DNA from: Promethearchaeota archaeon
GTDB taxonomy: Archaea; Asgardarchaeota; Lokiarchaeia; Sigyniarchaeales; SOKP01
Direction: 5' to 3'
Length of the DNA: 22,650 nucleotides
Assembly: GCA_048938005.1 (NCBI GenBank)
Contig: JBHLMQ010000051.1
Span: 1 to 22,650, forward strand
Shown: piece by piece, positions 17,404 to 22,650 of the stretch
How the letters are laid out: every line of letters starts with the position of its first letter
Position numbering within the stretch: position 1 is the first letter of the stretch
Program-made: the position numbers and the translations under genes
Notes under the pieces: generated by a model
What the model was told of the DNA's origin: nothing
Database searches by the model: none
What the model saw: only the letters and a program-made list of their open reading frames with translations

Positions 17404-19386
17404 GTGTACACCGACAAAAATCAAAATATTTTAGAAAAGCAACTCAAGACATTAGGTCAGAAGATTAGAATTGATATTTTAAAAAAGTTAAAAAAAACTC
17501 AAACTCCTTTATCATTTTCAAAGCTTCAAAAAGAGATTTTAGGAAATGACCCTTCTTCTGTTAATTTGTCTTTTCATTTAAACACATTAAAGAAGAGTGA
17601 GTTAGTTTTATCCTCTGAAGAAGGATATTCAATTACATTTTTAGGAGAGCAAATTTTAGATAAAATTTTATCTATTGAACAAATTCTAAATAAACAACAT
17701 AAAGCAAGGATGATCCGAACCTCAAAATATTCTAAAGAACTATTTGATTCAAGCAAAATTGAGGAATATTTAATGAAGGAAGGTGAATTGGAACGTTACT
17801 TAGCTAAAAAGATTGCTCATGAAGTAGAAGAGCGGCTTTCCAGGACAAATATAGAATATATGACTGCACCGTTGATGCGTGAATATATTAATGCGGTTTT
17901 ATTAGAAAATGGTTTAGAGGAAGTCAGACACAAGTTAACTCGATTAGGAACTCCTCCATTTGAGGTATTTCAATTATTTTATTCAAAGGAGTGTGAGATT
18001 ATGCCTGAAGATTGTATTAAAAGATTAGGTTCAGATGTTTCTGAACAATTTTTGCTTCTAAACCTTTTGCCTAAAAACTTAGCTGATCTGTATTTGTCTG
18101 GAGAAATTGCCTTACTCAATTTGAATTATTGGAGTTTAAGACCATTAGGTTTGTATATAAATACAAAAACAATAATCAATTATCTTTTCAAAACTCATTC
18201 GTATTCCTCACAAATAATTAAAGAATCTACAGATTATACCGATTTTATTATACACTTTTTTAATCTGTTATATACATTAAACCAATTTTATTCCGAAGAC
18301 TTACTTCTTGGTGATTTTAATTTTCAACTCCTCTCTAATTTTGAATTACCAAAAACTAAATCATTCAATTTCAATTTACTTACTTCTCAAATATCTAGGT
18401 TCAATAACTTCTTTAATGATGGTAAAACACATTTATCATTAAATTTCAATTATAATAGAGAATTAGTCGAAAACTTTAAAATTCAGAATCATATTGATAA
18501 AAAATTTCTTAATTCTTTGAAAATCCAAAATAATGACTGCATTAAACCCCTACTTCTTTTTGAATGGTTACCGCAATTTACATCAGAATCGGGAAATGAT
18601 ATCAGAAAAAGGCTTATTACTGATTCTATTAAAAATAATATAATAATCTATAATAAAGATTATTCAGATTTATTAAATTCAACGCTAGTTCGAATATCTA
18701 ACCCTAAAGAGGAAGTAATTATTTTAGATAAGATCTTAGCAAATTTATACCTTATATCCGTAGAGGCAAAGCAAAATGACGATTTATTTTTAGATTTATT
18801 ACAAAATAAATTAAATTCTATATTTGAATTATTTAAAAATAAAGATAAATTAGTTCAAAAAAGACTAAATTCTCTTAAACAATGGAATCTCGTAATTTCT
18901 CGGATTTTAAATAAAGATATAAAACACTTATTTAGAGAATCGTTAAAGGCCATTAGTTTTTTTGGATTAAATGAGGCTATTTTAAATCACTGTGGAATTG
19001 AACTTGATAGAACAGAAAGTAGTGAAGCTTTTGCGTTAAAAATACTATCAAAAATGAAAAATATTATTGACGAAAGAAATGAAATTGATAACAATCATTT
19101 TATTCTAAGTCAACCGCATCATGATTCTTATTTGAAAGATTCCTACCATAATGGTATGGCACAATACAAACAAAAAGTAAATGGATATTCTTCAAGAATA
19201 ATTAGACGTGAATCTAATATTCCTTTAAATAAAAAAATCAAAATATTTAAAAAATTTCAAAAAATCCTCAATGGAGGGGCTTTATTTATAGAAAAAAAAC
19301 CACCTGAAATGTCATATCAAAAATTTTTAAAAGTTTTATTTGACTCCAAAATAGGCGCGATTTCTTTAAATGATTGCATATTCTAA
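17404..19386 (+). CDS. ArsR-like winged-HTH + ATP-cone + degenerate class III ribonucleotide reductase (NrdD-like) fusion; putative regulator
   Basis: wHTH: IRIDILKKL...LSFSKL...LSFHLNTLKKSELV...YSITFLG. ATP cone: IRTS...FDSSKI...TAPLMRE...LLENG...TRLG. NrdD-barrel remnants: ISFFGLNEA, ILSQP, LNGG. No glycyl-radical tail. Confidence 0.82.
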   Translation: MYTDKNQNILEKQLKTLGQKIRIDILKKLKKTQTPLSFSKLQKEILGNDPSSVNLSFHLNTLKKSELVLSSEEGYSITFLGEQILDKILSIEQILNKQHKARMIRTSKYSKELFDSSKIEEYLMKEGELERYLAKKIAHEVEERLSRTNIEYMTAPLMREYINAVLLENGLEEVRHKLTRLGTPPFEVFQLFYSKECEIMPEDCIKRLGSDVSEQFLLLNLLPKNLADLYLSGEIALLNLNYWSLRPLGLYINTKTIINYLFKTHSYSSQIIKESTDYTDFIIHFFNLLYTLNQFYSEDLLLGDFNFQLLSNFELPKTKSFNFNLLTSQISRFNNFFNDGKTHLSLNFNYNRELVENFKIQNHIDKKFLNSLKIQNNDCIKPLLLFEWLPQFTSESGNDIRKRLITDSIKNNIIIYNKDYSDLLNSTLVRISNPKEEVIILDKILANLYLISVEAKQNDDLFLDLLQNKLNSIFELFKNKDKLVQKRLNSLKQWNLVISRILNKDIKHLFRESLKAISFFGLNEAILNHCGIELDRTESSEAFALKILSKMKNIIDERNEIDNNHFILSQPHHDSYLKDSYHNGMAQYKQKVNGYSSRIIRRESNIPLNKKIKIFKKFQKILNGGALFIEKKPPEMSYQKFLKVLFDSKIGAISLNDCIF

Positions 19387-19422
19387 AAAGCAGAATAAAG
19401 AAGTAAAATAAATTTTTAAAAA

Positions 19423-20340
19423 TTACTTAGTCATTAATTCTGCTAAGAGAGCTTTCCTCATAGGGATCCCATAATAAGTTTGTTTAAAGTAAAGCGCCTT
19501 TTCTGAACCGTCGACACTTGGAGAAATTTCTGTAATTCTTGGTAATGGATGCAATAATCTAAAGTTATCTTTTGTTTCTTCAAGGTCCTCTTTTTGAAAT
19601 GTATAAAAACCTTTAATTCTTTCATATTCTTCCAAATCAACAAATCTTTCTTTCTGGATCCGTGTCATATAAAGTACATCTAAAATATTTAGTATTTTCC
19701 TATAATCTGTGATTTCTTTATATTTTGCCTGCCGTTGTTGTAAAAAATCCTTATCACGATTTCTCATTTTCAATTCAATAGGACTTATGAAATAAATATT
19801 AATATCGAAATTCGAAAGTAAAATCGCAAGTGAATGAACTGTTCTCCCATATTTTAGATCTCCCATTAAGCCTATATTTAATCCATCTAATGGACCTAAT
19901 TCTTCAGTTATGGTTAATAAGTCTAATAATGCTTGAGTTGGATGTTCTCCACTTCCAGATCCAGCATTAATAATAGGAATTTTCGCAAATTTAGCTGCCA
20001 TTGTTGCTGCTCCTTCAAGCGAATGTCTCATAACTATACAATCACTATAATTCTCTACAGTTCTTATTGTATCTGCAATACTTTCCCCTTTTTTAATTGA
20101 AGAAACATCTCCAGAATGGAAACCAATTACACTCCCACCTAATCTATACATAGCAGATTCAAAACTAAGACGCGTACGAGTAGAAGGTTCAAAAAATAAA
20201 GTAGCTAAGATTTTTCCTTGAAGTATATTTGAATTTTTAATTTGAATCATTTCTTTGCCTTTCTTTAAAATGTATTCAATATCTTCCCTATCAAATTGCT
20301 TAGCACTTATTATGCCTTCGCTAAATTTCTCTTTAAACAT
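19423..20340 (-). CDS. pyrB: Aspartate carbamoyltransferase catalytic subunit
   Basis: FFEPSTRTRLSF, HPTQALLD, GDLKYGRTVHSL, TRIQKER, HPLPR. Confidence 0.98.
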   Translation of the reverse strand: MFKEKFSEGIISAKQFDREDIEYILKKGKEMIQIKNSNILQGKILATLFFEPSTRTRLSFESAMYRLGGSVIGFHSGDVSSIKKGESIADTIRTVENYSDCIVMRHSLEGAATMAAKFAKIPIINAGSGSGEHPTQALLDLLTITEELGPLDGLNIGLMGDLKYGRTVHSLAILLSNFDINIYFISPIELKMRNRDKDFLQQRQAKYKEITDYRKILNILDVLYMTRIQKERFVDLEEYERIKGFYTFQKEDLEETKDNFRLLHPLPRITEISPSVDGSEKALYFKQTYYGIPMRKALLAELMTK

Positions 20341-20501
20341 TTAATTTCTCAATCAATATGTTTTTATTAACATTATGTAAATAAGATTTAAATTATTTTT
20401 TATTAAATGATGGTTGTTCAAAAAGAACTGACCAGAACTAATAAAATTTAAAATTTATGAATAATTAGTTTAGGTAATTAGATAATAGTGGTTTATCAAA
20501 A

Positions 20502-20783
20502 TTGAAGTATCCGCGAACAATACGAAGATATTGTCCCAATTGCCGTTCCCATCAAGTGCATAATGTTTCATTATATAAAAAGGGAAAGGAACGCATGTTA
20601 AATCATGGACGTAGAAGGCTTGAACGAAAAAAAAGCGGATATGGCAGTTTCCCTAAAGAGATTTTCCATAAAAATGCAAAAATTAATAAGAAATCAACTC
20701 CCTTATTAGAATGTACTGAATGTGGTAAAAAGCAGTATGCTAAATCATATCGAGTAAAACGACTCGAATTACAAGAAGTATAA
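20502..20783 (+). CDS. rpl44e: Ribosomal protein eL42 (L44e), TTG start
   Basis: YCPNC...H...YKKGK...GRRR...SGYG...ECTECGK. Confidence 0.96.
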   Translation: MKYPRTIRRYCPNCRSHQVHNVSLYKKGKERMLNHGRRRLERKKSGYGSFPKEIFHKNAKINKKSTPLLECTECGKKQYAKSYRVKRLELQEV

Positions 20784-20798
20784 AAAATGTGAATAACT

Positions 20799-21002
20799 AT
20801 GGTCAATAAAAAAGAAAAAGAACTCATTCCACACCCAAAAAGTAGATTCTTACGTGTAAAATGTCTTAATTGTGGTAATCAACAAATAATCTTCGGATGT
20901 TCAGCAACAGACGTGGAATGTTTAGTTTGTGGAAAAACTTTACTTCAATCCACAGGGGGTAAAGCAAGAATTCTTACTAAAATTTTAGAGGTTCTTTCTT
21001 AA
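20799..21002 (+). CDS. rps27e: Ribosomal protein eS27
   Basis: [15 protein letters not shown]...CLVCG...TGGKA. Confidence 0.97.
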   Translation: MVNKKEKELIPHPKSRFLRVKCLNCGNQQIIFGCSATDVECLVCGKTLLQSTGGKARILTKILEVLS

Positions 21003-21029
21003 AAAAATTAAATCCTAAATACATATCTT

Positions 21030-21049
21030 CGTGAAACTGTTCTTTCACG
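21030..21049. repeat. Perfect 7-bp inverted repeat between convergent rps27e and tfs
   Basis: CGTGAAA-ctgttc-TTTCACG. Confidence 0.7.
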
Positions 21050-21099
21050 TTAATTCTTTAATATCTGAATAATACAATTATTTAATTTAATTTAATCAA

Positions 21100-21435
21100 T
21101 TATTCACGCCAAGTATATTTACATTTAGTACATCTAAAAAAATGAGTAGATGGTTCATCAGCACCGCGAATTTGTTTTTGCCAAGTTTCTGCTTCTATAT
21201 GACCACATTTTGGGCAATCTCTTTTTGTCTTAGGATATACAGAAATTTTATCATCTTGAGTAAGAATTAATAAATTCTTTTCAAAGGCTTTCTTTTTTTT
21301 AAGAATGCTTTTCTGAATTTCATCAAGATTTTCATCAACTTCTTTTTGAAAGCCACATTTACAAACTAGAAAAAGTTTATCATTTATTTTTCTTTTACGG
21401 AGAAGGTTATCACAATCAGGGCAAAAATCTGGCAT
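21100..21435 (-). CDS. tfs: Transcription factor S (TFS / RpoM-like transcript cleavage factor)
   Basis: Two Zn ribbons (FCPDC...CKCG; CPKCG...CTKC) with acidic hairpin QIRGADEP and terminal WRE. Confidence 0.95.
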   Translation of the reverse strand: MPDFCPDCDNLLRKRKINDKLFLVCKCGFQKEVDENLDEIQKSILKKKKAFEKNLLILTQDDKISVYPKTKRDCPKCGHIEAETWQKQIRGADEPSTHFFRCTKCKYTWRE

Positions 21436-21445
21436 GTTTTATTTC

Positions 21446-21769
21446 TTATTTATCAAATTCTTTTTTCAATTCATACAATTTTTGATAATATTCAAAATTT
21501 AGTTTATTCATATCTTGAATTATATCAGCATTAAGTACTTTTTCTCCAGAAGATTGTAATTCAAGATCTCCTATTACGTTGATTAAATCATTCTCTTTAA
21601 AATTAAAATCATCAATTCCTATGATATTAACTCTTATTTCACCGCTATTATCATCCAAAACAATATGATCATCATTAATTCTACTTTTTATGTACCCTGT
21701 AACCTGAATTCGCTCATCATCAATACCGATGTCCTTTATTATTCTTTGCTTTGCAGACTGAATAGACAT
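21446..21769 (-). CDS. Small single OB-fold protein, RPA3/RPA14-like
   Basis: RIQVTG...LDDNSG...INVIG...ADIIQD plus a C-terminal helix; recalled resemblance to Thermococcales RPA14. Confidence 0.7.
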   Translation of the reverse strand: MSIQSAKQRIIKDIGIDDERIQVTGYIKSRINDDHIVLDDNSGEIRVNIIGIDDFNFKENDLINVIGDLELQSSGEKVLNADIIQDMNKLNFEYYQKLYELKKEFDK

Positions 21770-21952
21770 TTTTTTTTAACTAAGAATCATTTAATTATTT
21801 AATTAATACAAATTTGAAAATTTAATATAAGTATAAATAATTAATTTAAAACCTAAAATTGGTATTATTAAAAGACTAATATCAAATATTATTAATAATG
21901 CGAATTACACAATATTATCTTATTTATAATTGAATAAATTTGCTGAAAGAAT

Positions 21953-22650
21953 ATGAGCTTTACATTAAAATTAGAAAATAGTCGGATATTGAAAGGAATT
22001 GTCGAAACCCTTGCAAGTATTATAGACGAAACAGAATTTCGAGTTACTCCAAAAGAATTTATGATATCAGCAATGGATCCAAGTCGAATATGTTTACTGA
22101 AACTATCTATTAAAAAGGAGAATTTTGATGGATATCAATGTGAAAAAGAATCAAAAGTTGGATTAAACTTGGATGATTTGGATAAAATTTTAAAAAGAAG
22201 CGCTGCGAATGATTCAGTTGAAATTGATTTCAATGAAGCTGATCAAAAAATAAAAATTAAGATGCAACGAGAAGGTGTATCCCGTACAAGAACATTTAGT
22301 TTAGCACTATTAGATATCGATATTGAAGAAATCCCAATGGATAATTTGCTAAGGATTGAATATCCATCGAAGTGGGTAATAGAACCAGAGTTTCTAGTTG
22401 AAGCAATAAAAGACGCAGAAATATATTCCGAAATTCTTAATATGACAGCAATAGAGAATCAAGGATTAGTTTTTAGTTCAACAGGCCAAATCGGTGAAAT
22501 GGAATATGATCTTAGTGAAGATGATTTAATAGAACATGCTCTTAGTGGAACTAGTAGTGGAGCATATTCCTTAACCTTTTTGAAGGCAATATTAAAAATA
22601 TCTTCAATCACAGAGAAGTTAGAAATATCCTTAAAGACAGATCATCCATT
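21953..22650 (+). CDS. pcn: PCNA sliding clamp, truncated by the right window edge
   Basis: Not in the ORF track (no stop). Manual translation: MSFTLKLENSRILKGIVETLASIIDE...AMDPSRICL...GLNLDDLDKILKR...YSLTFLKAILK...LKTDHP. Confidence 0.96.
   Translation, partial: MSFTLKLENSRILKGIVETLASIIDETEFRVTPKEFMISAMDPSRICLLKLSIKKENFDGYQCEKESKVGLNLDDLDKILKRSAANDSVEIDFNEADQKIKIKMQREGVSRTRTFSLALLDIDIEEIPMDNLLRIEYPSKWVIEPEFLVEAIKDAEIYSEILNMTAIENQGLVFSSTGQIGEMEYDLSEDDLIEHALSGTSSGAYSLTFLKAILKISSITEKLEISLKTDHP

Noticed and set aside
17404-19386. Annotation as an active anaerobic RNR, or as a pseudogene
   Set aside because: No glycyl-radical loop, Zn site or finger-loop Cys, so not active NrdD. The frame is intact with well-preserved HTH and ATP cone, so not an obvious pseudogene.
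15196-20827. Short ORFs 15196..15387, 17574..17756, 19458..19643 and 20603..20827
   Set aside because: Overlap well-supported genes in antisense or an alternate frame.

Overview
Very AT-rich archaeal chromosomal window, most consistent with an Asgard archaeon of the Lokiarchaeia type. This assignment is an inference from the Rab-like GTPase with WDFGG, the IPGY-TM-basic C-terminal sorting signal, the histone, the split RNAP A'/A'' and the RPA3-like gene. Left to right: partial histone (-), metallophosphoesterase, hypothetical protein, Rab-like GTPase, divergent IlvC homologue, EamA transporter, ADP-forming acyl-CoA synthetase alpha-like subunit, membrane Zn-ribbon protein and a sortase-type surface glycoprotein. 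Then rpoA1-rpoA2-rpl30e-nusA-[membrane M28 peptidase]-rps12-rps7, a ~725 bp gene-free gap, a wHTH + ATP-cone + degenerate class III ribonucleotide reductase fusion, pyrB, rpl44e-rps27e, tfs, an RPA3-like OB-fold gene and partial PCNA. The most interesting element is 17404..19386. It looks like an NrdD scaffold that has lost its radical machinery and gained a DNA-binding domain, making it a candidate nucleotide-sensing transcription factor. Other items worth checking are an extra C-terminal domain on RNAP A', a non-canonical IlvC, a possible ATA start for rps12 and a candidate small structured RNA. No tRNA, rRNA, CRISPR or mobile element was recognised. All calls come from reading motifs by eye; no searches were run.
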